Shown: positions 8,199 to 18,434 of the stretch, one piece after another
Position numbering within the stretch: position 1 is the stretch's first letter
Layout: each line of letters opens with the position of its first letter
Source of the DNA: Candidatus Culexmicrobium cathedralense
GTDB lineage: Archaea > Thermoproteota > Methanomethylicia > Culexarchaeales > Culexmicrobiaceae
Reading direction: 5' to 3'
NCBI GenBank assembly: GCA_025061115.1
Contig: JANZKC010000002.1
Span: 256,001 to 320,000, forward strand
DNA length: 64,000 nucleotides
The notes under the pieces: model-generated
What the model saw: only the letters and a program-made list of their open reading frames with translations
Told to the model about the DNA's origin: nothing
Database searches by the model: none
Translations under genes and position numbers: made by a program

Positions 8199-8259
8199 GG
8201 CGATGACGACTCTGGCCCCGAAGACCGAAAGGAATGAATAGGATCTTGAGTGCTGAGCC
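8199..8259 (+). ncRNA. C/D box guide sRNA, predicted to direct Cm34 of tRNA-Leu(CAA)
   Basis: Stem GGC/GCC, box C ATGACGA, D' CCGA, C' GAATGA, box D CTGA (8253-8256), D guide GGATCTTGAGT. Confidence 0.78.
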
Positions 8260-8859
8260 GTTTCTCATATCAATTGATGAATGTGATCTAATGCTACATC
8301 CAAGTAAATCCATAGGAAGCACCAAGACACGTATTTGTACTAATTTTTTGAGTTGCCTCTCGATAGAGCGAGTTAAATTAAAATCTCTTAATGATAGTTT
8401 GAAAACGAGGTTTGGTATGGCTGAAGGTAACTGCCACAAGTAGAATACTCGAAGCATACATATGTATCCTAGGGCACAAATACGCTGTATGAATTGCTTA
8501 AAACAGGTATCAGAACTCATTGGTTTGCTTTGGTACTTGAAGTCAAGTACTAGTACTATTTGGTACTATTTTGTACCTAAAAAATTTTAAGTACTATAGC
8601 AATCTTGACACTTTCGAGAAAACATAACACTTTTCATACATTCCCATCGCAGCCTTCTAGCCAGAAAAATCTCTACGCATAGGAATGCGGTATATAATAA
8701 TTTTTAAGGTATAAAAGGTTAGCCTGACAAGCAGCCTCATGCACTTTAAAGAGCTTGACGGCCAGCTCAAGTCCTCTAACCTTCACGCGCCTCCTAATTG
8801 CGGAATAAAAGCCATCAATAAAAACTACAACTAGCTTCTTGTTGCACCAAGCAACATGA

Positions 8860-9165
8860 AGCGCAATTTTGACTGCACATTGATTTTTGTTATTTCAATG
8901 TCATCCCAACAGTTTAACTTGCCTCAACTTGATCAGCAATCTTATGCATGGAATTGTTACAGACTACATCTATCATCATTGAGGCAAGCTCACCCTACTT
9001 TCCCTCATGTAGATGCTTTTCAATTACTTCAAAGTCTAAGGAGCAGATTATGCATTTGGCTGAACGTGAGCCGCCAAGTCATTCCTTGACGATATCATTA
9101 ATTACACTGTGGTATTCAATTGTTGATTTTCAGCTCATACCACCTATTAAGCCAATGGTCTTCGT
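8860..9165 (-). pseudogene. Aspartate/glutamate racemase (RacX/YgeA family) pseudogene
   Basis: Manual translation (T)KTIGLIGGMS*KSTIEYHSVINDIVKE*LGGSRSAKCIICSLDFEVIEK...K*GELA. The start is ACG, there are three in-frame stops and an apparent internal deletion. Confidence 0.8.
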
Positions 9166-9413
9166 GAATTCTACCAATTAGTGATTATGCTATCTTGTAT
9201 TAAGGTTATTATAAGGTAGGTTGACCCAAAATATTTTAAATTCTTAATGAACTATTTATTTTCATAAAATAAAAATACTTCACATAAATACAGGGTGTTT
9301 ATAAATTAAACTTTCAAGAAGTTATCATCATTATAAAATGTTTTATAGACAAGCATATTACAGGTTATGATGCATCGTAGAAATGAAGCTTTTAACGATA
9401 AATAATGGAGAAG

Positions 9414-10163
9414 TTAAATTTTTAATAGCTTCTTTACATTCTCGCCCATAATAAGTCTCTTGTAGGATTCATCTAATCCAGTGAACTCAATGGTTTTCAA
9501 TTCCAATTCAACGTGTCCAAAGGGTGTTTGAGTGCTAAATATGAGTCTATTGGGGTCCATGGTTTCAGGCATGTGTTTTAGGAACCTATCTACCCCTTGA
9601 TGTCCACCCTTCAGTGGGAAGGTTTCTAGGAATAGGTTTTGTAGATTTTGAGCCATAGGTGATCTATTCAAGAGCATTGCGGCTATGGAGGATTTACCGG
9701 TGATGAATTTAACATTTGGATTCATATATGCTAGGAATACGACGCCCTCAGGAGAATAAAATCTTGATTGCGCACTTTTAATGTATAATGGTACATCTAG
9801 TTTTTCGGCCAAATCAATTACTGGTTTAACTACTGGTGAAGTTATTGAGAAAGACTCGTTTTGTGGATCAATATATAATGCTTTGAAACCCCACTCTGAT
9901 ATGGCTTTCTTAGCCTTCTCCAATTCGGAATCTCCAAACCATGGATTTAAACGGTAAACTCCTATCAATCTATCATGCTTTCTAGTAGCTTCATAAACAT
10001 ACTTATTACCATTATCATAGTATGGTCCTGGCGGAGGTGCAACCACAACAGCCATATCCACGCCATTCTTATCCATAATGTTCAACAAATCCTCACTGGT
10101 AAACTTCTTCCTCCTGAAGTAAATGCTTTCACCAATAAATGTATGGGCATCGATGACTACCAT
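9414..10163 (-). CDS. Amidohydrolase_2-fold protein with degenerate metal ligands
   Basis: IDAHTFIG start and TIM-barrel amidohydrolase pattern, but most His/Asp ligands are replaced. Confidence 0.8.
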   Translation of the reverse strand: MVVIDAHTFIGESIYFRRKKFTSEDLLNIMDKNGVDMAVVVAPPPGPYYDNGNKYVYEATRKHDRLIGVYRLNPWFGDSELEKAKKAISEWGFKALYIDPQNESFSITSPVVKPVIDLAEKLDVPLYIKSAQSRFYSPEGVVFLAYMNPNVKFITGKSSIAAMLLNRSPMAQNLQNLFLETFPLKGGHQGVDRFLKHMPETMDPNRLIFSTQTPFGHVELELKTIEFTGLDESYKRLIMGENVKKLLKI

Positions 10164-10165
10164 CG

Positions 10166-10927
10166 CTACCCCCTCCTCCTTCTAATATCATCCAAAATAT
10201 TCTTAATATTCAACCCAAGAATCATTTCCCTATCCCTATCCGATATATCTGCAAGCTTAATCTTCAACGTTTCAAGTTCAATAGAACCTTGTGGAAAATC
10301 GGATGCATACAAAACCTTCTCTGGACCTGCAAGGTCCACTGCCTTTTCGATGGCTTCTACGCCATGGCATAAAGCCGTATCCACGTATACGTTGTCGAAC
10401 CATCTAGCCACAAGTATTGCATCCATATAGAAGGATTTCCCAAGATGACCTATTACTATGGGGACCTCTGGAAAGTTTTCAGCTAAATAACCCACTGCTG
10501 TAGGATGCGAGTAATCAGCTTCACCAGTATGCAATAGTAGTAGACCGCCATACTCCTGAAGTTTCTCAACGATGGGAAAAACGAGATCTCTATTATCTGG
10601 TGAGACAGCTTCGTTCCTCAAATGTATCTTTATGCCCCAAAAGCCATTCTTTAAAGCCCATTCGGCTTCCTCCACAGCCCTTCTCCTAAGATGTGGATTA
10701 ACCCTAGCGACGCAGTAAAACCTCTTAGGATACTTCCTCTGAACCTCTAGTAGGAATAGATTTGCCTCACTATAACTTCTATCCCTAGATATTGATGAAT
10801 ATGGCGGCGTTGTCACCATGGCATCCATTCCAAGACTGTTCATAAGCTTAATACGCTCTTCAGGGGTTGCTGGCGGCAAACCTTTTCCGGGAGGACCAAA
10901 ATGAGTATGGGCATCAATATAAGTCAA
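10166..10927 (-). CDS. Amidohydrolase_2 family metallohydrolase
   Basis: IDAHTH, GIKIH, HTGE, IGHLG and YASDFP. Likely TTG start at 10927 after GAGGTG. Confidence 0.88.
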   Translation of the reverse strand: MTYIDAHTHFGPPGKGLPPATPEERIKLMNSLGMDAMVTTPPYSSISRDRSYSEANLFLLEVQRKYPKRFYCVARVNPHLRRRAVEEAEWALKNGFWGIKIHLRNEAVSPDNRDLVFPIVEKLQEYGGLLLLHTGEADYSHPTAVGYLAENFPEVPIVIGHLGKSFYMDAILVARWFDNVYVDTALCHGVEAIEKAVDLAGPEKVLYASDFPQGSIELETLKIKLADISDRDREMILGLNIKNILDDIRRRRG

Positions 10928-11275
10928 TTCAACCACCTCTCCAAGCCTTAAATGCCTCCTCAAAAACATATGTGGAAGTGAATTAAAAGCTTAAGTATTC
11001 AATAAATTTGCAAAGCAAGTCCACGAGCTCACCCTTAAATCTCACATTTAAATCAGCATTAATCTTTGAGTGGTTATTGTTGGTAAGGTATTGGGAATAA
11101 ACATTAACGAAGCCGCTAAAAACAAGTGCACGGAAAATGGTATAAGGGAAGCACTTCGAATGCTCAATCACGTAGAAGCTAGAAGATAAATATGAGAATA
11201 GAAATATTGCGAAGTATGCTACCGGCCTAAAGCTTTGGACTTAATTAAGTCTAGGAAGCTTAGTGGAGCTGATTC

Positions 11276-11542
11276 TCAAGTACCATGGCGTTCATCATGG
11301 AGAAATCGTAGTTTTCGTCTTAGCTTTTTAACTCCTAGCCTAAATGCTTTGTCTTCATCGATTTCGCCGAGTTTAGAGGAATAAAGCTCTATAGGGTCTA
11401 TTAGTCCACGCGGCGTTAATAATATACTGCCTTCCTTAACGGTTATTATTAGCTCATCTCCCACTTTGATGCCTGCCTTATGCCTAATACTTGCCGGAAG
11501 CTTAAGTATTCCGCCTTTATATACCTTAACTACCTCATGCAT
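11276..11542 (-). CDS. AbrB/MazE/SpoVT-family antitoxin or regulator
   Basis: KVYKGGILKLPASIRHKAGIKVGDELIITV....ILLTP signature. Confidence 0.85.
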   Translation of the reverse strand: MHEVVKVYKGGILKLPASIRHKAGIKVGDELIITVKEGSILLTPRGLIDPIELYSSKLGEIDEDKAFRLGVKKLRRKLRFLHDERHGT

Positions 11543-11545
11543 AGC

Positions 11546-11590
11546 AGTAACCTTTATTACTAATAGTAACTTAAGGTAATAAAGATTACT
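11546..11590. promoter_or_regulatory. 15-bp inverted repeat (1 mismatch) filling the divergent intergenic region; putative operator
   Basis: AGTAACCTTTATTAC-N15-GTAATAAAGATTACT. Confidence 0.65.
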
Positions 11591-12043
11591 ATGAGAAGAT
11601 CTGCACTTTGCGATACAATATGCGTTTGGGCATTCTACTTCAAAGATTCAGCTTATCGTGAACATATGCTTAAGTTAAGGTCAAATTATTTGCTCATCAT
11701 ACCAGATATATGCTTTTTAGAGGCATCTTACCCAATATATGAAGCCAAAGGACTTAAGGAGCTAGAGAAATACTCAAAGTTTGTTGAAAACATATTCCTA
11801 GCCCGCAATATTAAGGTATTATTAACATCCCTAGATGACTTAGTTAAAGCCTTAAACCTAGCTACAAGTGAACCAGAAACCTTCATAGATGACGAAGGTA
11901 ACTTATGCTTATTTGATGCGCTAATCGCCTCAACGTGGATGAAGGCCAATATCCCTCTCATTACATCGAATAGTAGGCTCATGAAGTTCGGCGCAAGTAG
12001 AAATCTAAAGATAATAAAGTTGCGGAAGACTAAGAGAGAATAA
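11591..12043 (+). CDS. PIN-domain (VapC-like) ribonuclease
   Basis: LCDT, CFLEA, FDALIAS and LITSN follow the PIN acidic-residue pattern. Confidence 0.75.
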   Translation: MRRSALCDTICVWAFYFKDSAYREHMLKLRSNYLLIIPDICFLEASYPIYEAKGLKELEKYSKFVENIFLARNIKVLLTSLDDLVKALNLATSEPETFIDDEGNLCLFDALIASTWMKANIPLITSNSRLMKFGASRNLKIIKLRKTKRE

Positions 12044-12169
12044 CTGTAATAAATAGTAATAGTGCGAACACTTTTCTAGAAGAATTATAATAATAAATAA
12101 TTTCAAAAGTAATTAATATTGAATTTCATTAAAAATTTAAATGTTTGAATTTGAATGATGGTGAGTTTG

Positions 12170-12601
12170 GTGGTGTAATTTGCTTTTAGTTTTGAGTGGA
12201 GATGTTAAGTCTAGGTGTTGTTTTTAGACTAGGAGATGGAATTTTTAGCGGTATCAGTGATTGTAGGTTTTTAATCATTCCTTGGGCTTCAAGAGATTTA
12301 AGGAAAGAGAATTTTATGGAACTTTGTCGGAGAATTATTTTAGAGATTTGAATGTTAATTTAGTAATGTTTCTTGAGAGGAATGATTATTATCTAATATT
12401 GTGGAGAATTTTAGTGTTGTTAATGTTATTTATCTTCCTGGTGGCAATCCATTTATTTTTCTTGATGAATTTAGCAGAAGAGGTTTTGATGGGTTTATTG
12501 GGGATTTTAATGGTATTATTATTGGTAATAGTGCTGGTGCACTATTTTATCTAAACATTTTGTTAGTAATAGGAATTTTAATAGGATTTGTAGTGGTTTA
12601 G
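12170..12601 (+). pseudogene. Peptidase E (S51, class I glutamine amidotransferase-like) remnant
   Basis: Fragment VIYLPGGNP...IIIGNSAGA embedded in broken frames; boundaries approximate. Confidence 0.6.
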
Positions 12602-12616
12602 GTTTGTTTGGTTTTG

Positions 12617-13681
12617 TCAGGTGCGATTTCTTACAGTTAGAAGGTATATCGCGCTTATTGTTAGAGCTATGACTGTTAATGCAATTCCTAAAGTCATTAA
12701 ATCAGATTGATTGGGTGCGTGACTTACTTTACTGTATACTCCTAAGACACTTGAAGTTCTTAATTCGCCCGTATCTGCCCAGAACGATGCTGCATAGCCG
12801 TATATACCATTTGGTAGTGTTTCCTTAAAGTATACGCATATTTGCCAAGCAGGATGTAATGTGCCTTCTTCACGGCTAGCATAAAACATTCTTGATTCAA
12901 CATCCTTAACTAAGTCTTCGAGATTTCTGCCGCATAATTCTTCGGGGTGTTTGCTGAAATATTCCCTCATTAGCATGATAGTACTATTAACTGCTTCTTC
13001 CTCTGTAAATACAATTTTGTAGCTGGCTATCTTGGTGAATTTATATTTGTCATAGAATCCTATGCTAGCCCAATTCCCGCCGGATTCAAATAATCTGCTT
13101 GGGTTAGGCAGCCATAAACCAAAAAGTCGTGGTGTTGCGACATTACCAACCAATAATCTACAATAAATACTTACACTAAGATTGCTAACATAAACTTCGA
13201 CAAGGACATTATCCTCAACAATCGTTTGTCTATCATTCAGTACTTTCAGCTTATCTATCGCTCTCACAATTTCATCGTAAAATATAGATGAAGCATTAAA
13301 GAATTCCCTATACCTCCTTATGAAATTCGAAATGTATCTTTTAAAACCTTCAATATTATTAATCGATTTAATCTCGTCAGTTCTTAAAATCAATGAATCC
13401 CCATTAAAATATGTGTCGACCCAGTATAATTCACCATTCTTAAAGTAGCCATAAACCTTAAGCCCACCATCAACCTCATCGTTCCTAAGAACAAAACTAC
13501 ATTCATCGTTCAATATTCTAACGTCACTTACAGCATATTTATCAATATCAATAGCAAAAACATCTTCCAAGAACTCGCAAACCTTATCAATCTTAACATT
13601 CTGAAACTCAAAGCAAAGCATTGAAGTAGCTGATAATGCTCCTATGAGAAGCATAAATACAATGAATGGAACTGCACGCAT
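12617..13681 (-). CDS. Hypothetical secreted protein with C-terminal membrane anchor
   Basis: 354-aa ORF with an N-terminal signal-like segment and a C-terminal TM helix plus basic tail. Confidence 0.7.
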   Translation of the reverse strand: MRAVPFIVFMLLIGALSATSMLCFEFQNVKIDKVCEFLEDVFAIDIDKYAVSDVRILNDECSFVLRNDEVDGGLKVYGYFKNGELYWVDTYFNGDSLILRTDEIKSINNIEGFKRYISNFIRRYREFFNASSIFYDEIVRAIDKLKVLNDRQTIVEDNVLVEVYVSNLSVSIYCRLLVGNVATPRLFGLWLPNPSRLFESGGNWASIGFYDKYKFTKIASYKIVFTEEEAVNSTIMLMREYFSKHPEELCGRNLEDLVKDVESRMFYASREEGTLHPAWQICVYFKETLPNGIYGYAASFWADTGELRTSSVLGVYSKVSHAPNQSDLMTLGIALTVIALTISAIYLLTVRNRT

Positions 13682-13687
13682 GCAAAA

Positions 13688-14245
13688 TCACCCCGTTGGC
13701 AAAAGGAGATTTCCATCTCCATAAACTACCATACTTGACTCCTCACCCGCTGCAATATATCCAGTGTATAATACGCAATCACTAAATTTTACACCCCAAA
13801 CTGTAATTGAGGCAAATTCCAAAGATTCACGCACATTACGCTGTGCAGCGTAATAGCCAAAAAGTGCACTATAGAATTCCACTGCAAAACTACATAGTGG
13901 ATATGCAAAATCTGAACCTTCAGTAAACTGCGGATCCGTATTAATAAGGAAAGGCGCTAATCCGTGAAAGCCTATAAAAGCATAGCCACTTCCATCAGGA
14001 TTTGCATAACCATCATTGCTTAAATCGGTTGTATCAGCGCCATATAAATCATAGGTTTTATATCCTGCTAAGGAAGCGGCTGTAACTATGAAATTCGCAA
14101 GAGATTCATCGGAAGATTGCTCATCTGCAGGTACTTCCAATCTAGATCCCACAGCTATTGTAGTCTTGGCAAGTACAGCAGAATATGCAAGAATTACATT
14201 AGCGAACATTATAACCATGCAAATGGAAACTATGGCACGTCTCAC
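13688..14245 (-). CDS. Hypothetical secreted protein
   Basis: 185-aa ORF with a signal peptide and GGTGA SD, apparently co-transcribed with the downstream gene. Confidence 0.65.
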   Translation of the reverse strand: MRRAIVSICMVIMFANVILAYSAVLAKTTIAVGSRLEVPADEQSSDESLANFIVTAASLAGYKTYDLYGADTTDLSNDGYANPDGSGYAFIGFHGLAPFLINTDPQFTEGSDFAYPLCSFAVEFYSALFGYYAAQRNVRESLEFASITVWGVKFSDCVLYTGYIAAGEESSMVVYGDGNLLLPTG

Positions 14246-14436
14246 AGTGATATCACCAAAGATTTAAATAAATAAAATAATTATATATTTTTCGGTATAT
14301 CTACATAAAAAAGTATTTTATATCAATTTGAATTATTAATAATAAATTGCTAATAATTAAGTAATTTTGAATTTCTTCTTAAGATTTAATTAAGTTGGAC
14401 TTAAATGAAATTCTTCAAGTACTTGTAGGATGGTCA

Positions 14437-15120
14437 TTAGATTAATTTACTAAGCAATTCTCTGCCTCCAATGCTCACCACTTTACCTCCCTCCATTAAC
14501 ACGATATTATTAGCCAATTTATCAGCAAGTAAATTATCATGAGTAGCTATAATCACTTTAGATCCTCTTGATAACTGATTTTTAATCAATTTAATTATTA
14601 ATTTACGTTTATCAGCATCTAAATTAGCTGTTGGTTCATCAATTAATAAGTACCTTGGGTTTAAAACTATAGCCCTAATTATGGAAATTAATTGGGCCTC
14701 GCCTGCTGATAGCTCCTTAGATTTCTTAAATGCTAGGTAATCGAGACCTAACTTTCTAAGAACTGCCATTACCGTATTAAATGCATTATCCTTAGAAAAG
14801 CCACGTATTAGCAGTCCATACATTAAATTGCTAACTACATTACCCTTAATGAGCAAGGGTTTTTCATGGACATAGACAATCTCTCTCCTGATGCGCAGCC
14901 TCTCATTTTCATGCTTTAACCTCCAGAAGTTAACTCCATTAACTATTACCTCACCTTTGAATGGCTTATAGATGAGCCCTAAGACCTTAAGAAGTGTTGT
15001 CTTACCAGCTGCATTGGGCCCTAAAACAGCGGTTACACCATTACCTAAGCTTAAGTTAACATCATTAAGTGCTAAAACACCATTAGGATACCTAAAGGAT
15101 ACGTTTCTAAGCTCTATCAT
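14437..15120 (-). CDS. tupC: Tungstate ABC transporter ATPase
   Basis: Walker A GPNAAGKT, LSAGE, IDEPTANLD; operon context. Confidence 0.8.
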   Translation of the reverse strand: MIELRNVSFRYPNGVLALNDVNLSLGNGVTAVLGPNAAGKTTLLKVLGLIYKPFKGEVIVNGVNFWRLKHENERLRIRREIVYVHEKPLLIKGNVVSNLMYGLLIRGFSKDNAFNTVMAVLRKLGLDYLAFKKSKELSAGEAQLISIIRAIVLNPRYLLIDEPTANLDADKRKLIIKLIKNQLSRGSKVIIATHDNLLADKLANNIVLMEGGKVVSIGGRELLSKLI

Positions 15121-15761
15121 TGCAGATATGCCCTCAAAGCTCTAACTATTATGACTATTGACAATACTATAGTTAGGAGTATTAGACCTAAACTTAATGC
15201 CTTCTCAAATTCACCTTTAGTGACCTCAAGAGCTATTGAGGTTGTTAAGACCCTCGTATAACCCCTTATATTACCTCCAATCAAAAGCGCAACACCCAAC
15301 TCACCAATAGCTCTAGCAAAACCGATTAGTGATGATGTTATTAATTGAGGCAATGACTCACGAATAACTAGTAATGCTGCCTGCTTTGATGAAGCTCCCA
15401 ATGAAATAGCTAACTCCCAAAACCTTAACCTATGCTCATGAAAAACCTCATAAAGTAGCGATATAAGTAAAGGAGTTATCAGTACAGCTTCACCTAACAT
15501 TATTCCCTGAGGTGTGTACAGTAGGTTGATAATGCCTAGGGGACCTGTACGGCTAAAAAGCATGTAAAATACTAAGCCAACAAGCACCGTTGGTAAACCT
15601 ACTAAGGCATTACTGATGCTGATTGCTCCGTGAGCTAACTTACTTTGAGAGCCAGCTATAAGGTAAGCTATTATCATACTCCATGTAAGAGCTATTAACG
15701 TAGCATTCAAGGATATGATTAAAGACCTTAATGTTATTTCAATGACCTCAGGATCTATCAT
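15117..15761 (-). CDS. tupB: Tungstate ABC transporter permease
   Basis: GLPTVLVGL, GPLG..LLYT, FARAIGELG and GGNIRGYTRVLTT. Confidence 0.88.
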   Translation of the reverse strand: MIDPEVIEITLRSLIISLNATLIALTWSMIIAYLIAGSQSKLAHGAISISNALVGLPTVLVGLVFYMLFSRTGPLGIINLLYTPQGIMLGEAVLITPLLISLLYEVFHEHRLRFWELAISLGASSKQAALLVIRESLPQLITSSLIGFARAIGELGVALLIGGNIRGYTRVLTTSIALEVTKGEFEKALSLGLILLTIVLSIVIIVRALRAYLQ

Positions 15762-15790
15762 TTATACACCCCAAAATAATCATAACTAAA

Positions 15791-16696
15791 TTACGACTTA
15801 CTTAACTCTACCCAAATCATCTCAAGCTCACCATACTTATCCTTAGCTGGTAGGAAGAGCGATTGACCATACGTACTAACACCATAACTACCTATCAACT
15901 TCTGACCTTCATCAGACGTTACAAAGTCCTTAAACATCTTCGCAACTTCGTAATTTACACCACGAAATTTGCATGGATTAACTATGTATACACTATAGAT
16001 GTTTATGAGCAGGTCATCTTTACTAACTAGTGGCTCAAGATCTATTCTACCATCAGTTCTCAACTTAAGGTAAGTACCAATATCACTTAATGTGTATGCT
16101 CTCAACTCATTAGCTATTAGCAAGGTTTCGCTCATTCCAGAACCTGATTCCACATACCATTCGTTACCATGCGGGCTTAAATTAGCTAATTTCCAAATAT
16201 ATAATTCCCTAACGTGAGTCCCTGAATTATCACCTCTACTAACAAATACCGCTGAACCTTCCTCACCAGCTTTGTAGATCTTTTTAAATGCTTCAATAGG
16301 GTCTAAACCTTTAATTCCAGCAGGATCTTCATGGGGGCCTACAATTATAAAGTAATTGTAGGCTACGATATTACCGTTAATTAAGGTACTGTCATTAATG
16401 TATTTGATCTCAAGCAATGGTGCGTGAACAAAAACCATATCAACATCACCTTTAGCAGCCCTTCTTAATGCCTCACCACTGCCCACAGGTATGAACTGTA
16501 TTATCACATCGGGATGCTTCTCCTCAAATTTCTCAGCTAGATATTCCAACAAACCCGTGGCATATAAGCTGGTAGTTGTTGATATTCTTAAAGTAATTTC
16601 ATGCGGTGTTAGTGAGTTATATAGCACTACTGAAGCAATTATTAGAACTAAAGCCATGGCTATGTAGATTAAATGTTTAGAATTCAGTTCAATCAC
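15791..16696 (-). CDS. tupA: Tungstate ABC transporter substrate-binding protein
   Basis: TTTS motif, GSGEAL, VHAP, SRGDNSGTH and YTLSD. Confidence 0.9.
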   Translation of the reverse strand: MIELNSKHLIYIAMALVLIIASVVLYNSLTPHEITLRISTTTSLYATGLLEYLAEKFEEKHPDVIIQFIPVGSGEALRRAAKGDVDMVFVHAPLLEIKYINDSTLINGNIVAYNYFIIVGPHEDPAGIKGLDPIEAFKKIYKAGEEGSAVFVSRGDNSGTHVRELYIWKLANLSPHGNEWYVESGSGMSETLLIANELRAYTLSDIGTYLKLRTDGRIDLEPLVSKDDLLINIYSVYIVNPCKFRGVNYEVAKMFKDFVTSDEGQKLIGSYGVSTYGQSLFLPAKDKYGELEMIWVELSKS

Positions 16697-16720
16697 CGTT
16701 ATTAGATAACGGATAACGGT
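16695..16720. promoter_or_regulatory. ModE-like palindromic operator at the tupA start
   Basis: ACCGTTAT-N10-ATAACGGT between the TATA-like TTTTAAAA and the start codon. Confidence 0.6.
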
Positions 16721-17909
16721 TTTAAAAACTTACGACTAAAACGACTCAGCAAGGTAAGTAGTAAGAGTGTTGAGGAGCTAATCCCCAAGTTAACCAAGTA
16801 AGGTGGAGGTTATTCTGAATAAAACGATAATTGAATTACCAGGGGTTTATAGATTCTTATGAATCTAATGCAGCCTGCTCAATAACACGAGAAATAGATG
16901 CATTGATTAAAGCTTTCTTCGCAAAACTTATGTTAAAAATTAAAGCGCTAAACCTGCTCATCCTCTTACGGGATTTTCTTTATCTCTATTTTTACTGGTC
17001 TTCTATCAGCTAAGTCTTTTATGCAATTTCGGAGAGTTCTATCGCTGACCTTATACTCCATAAAGTTAGAATGCTCACTTAGGCCACTAAGAGGCTTGTA
17101 AATGACAAATTTAATGCCAATAGAATGCAGCTCTGCAATCCTAGTCTTAATCTTCTCCATCTCATAGAGGAAGTCCAAATGATATACGTCACGCACCAAT
17201 GTAACTCTAATAGGATAGCAGCCAAAAGCACCAGGCCCAGCAATTTCAACAGCATGAAATCTCAGCTCATGAAAGATGCTTTGAGAATCCGAAAATCAGC
17301 TTGAACATTTGCCTTCAATTTAGCATAACCCATAATAGGAGCCCCTACAACAGGAGCTATTGTAGATAATAGAATAACAACTAGGATCATGAAACTAATC
17401 CTCATAACTACGCATCCGCCGAAATATACAGTAATAACTTTTCTTTATATAAATTGTTATAATCTCTAAATTTGAAACATTTTTAAACTTAAAAAATATT
17501 AATAAAAAATATAAAATAGAAGTAACAAGCAGCTACTAGAATGTTTCAAAATATAGAACAAAAATATACAAGCATTTAACAAAACCAAAGCAATAATACA
17601 ATAATAACTATAATGATAATCGAGATTTTAATTTACGCATCGTCATATTTCAATAGGTGCAATGAAGGATATTGGCATTCGCAGCTGGACGTACTTGGAA
17701 AGTAGAGTATTAAGGCATAGTGGAGGCTTGCTGACGTATCTGAACGCGGTAAACTCACTGAAATAGGCTAAGTAACAGACTTTAGTAATAGATAACTTTC
17801 AGGCCAAGATGTGCTGGCTCTCGAAAGCTGATTTTTAGAACCCTACACGCCTCATAGTGTTGAGCATCCACTTTACTAGTCCAATGGTAGGCTTGTTCAA
17901 TACTAATAC

Positions 17910-18434
17910 TTAGGTGGATTTATTCTCGCTTCTTGGTGCCCGTACGTACCTTGGGGTTCTCAATTTATAAGCTAAATATTCCTTCCCAAACACCCGTTCA
18001 AGATAGGGCTCCTCCGCCTTTACAATATAGTAGTGGCAGCAAATGATGGCTATCGCCGCTAGAAAGAGCGCATAACCCGAGCGGCCGAGTAATGATATTC
18101 CCAGTAGTGCGAGGTAAAAATCTAGAAACTGCGGATTCCTACTCCAGCTATATACGCCCGTAGTTATGAGTATTGATACCTCCATTCCAAATACTCTACG
18201 TATTGGGCGAAACTCAATAATTCCATCCAGCGTTAAAGCGCTACCTATTACTAGCAAAACTAAACCGCTTATAAGAGCAGCCGTCCTTTCAATTGGAAGC
18301 AGCCAAACATTGTAAAGTGATGATGAAGCCACGAGAAATGTCCAAGCTGCATCTGTTACCCACCAGCAAATAGAAAGCCATAGCGGCAATGTTCTTACTT
18401 GTTCATAAATCCTTTTGTCTTGAGGAAAACGCAT
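17910..18434 (-). CDS. Isoprenylcysteine carboxyl methyltransferase/PEMT family membrane protein, possibly 5'-frameshifted
   Basis: LITTGVYSWSRNPQ and EEPYLERVFGKEY..YK..TPRY. Confidence 0.75.
   Translation of the reverse strand: MRFPQDKRIYEQVRTLPLWLSICWWVTDAAWTFLVASSSLYNVWLLPIERTAALISGLVLLVIGSALTLDGIIEFRPIRRVFGMEVSILITTGVYSWSRNPQFLDFYLALLGISLLGRSGYALFLAAIAIICCHYYIVKAEEPYLERVFGKEYLAYKLRTPRYVRAPRSENKST

Noticed and set aside
12282-12554. 90-aa hydrophobic ORF
   Set aside because: It is an alternative frame of the T-rich peptidase E relic.
16831-17560. Short ORFs and an 11-bp inverted repeat (TTTGAAACATT/AATGTTTCAAA) in an AT-rich stretch
   Set aside because: No recognisable protein family or element ends; AT-richness makes such repeats likely by chance.
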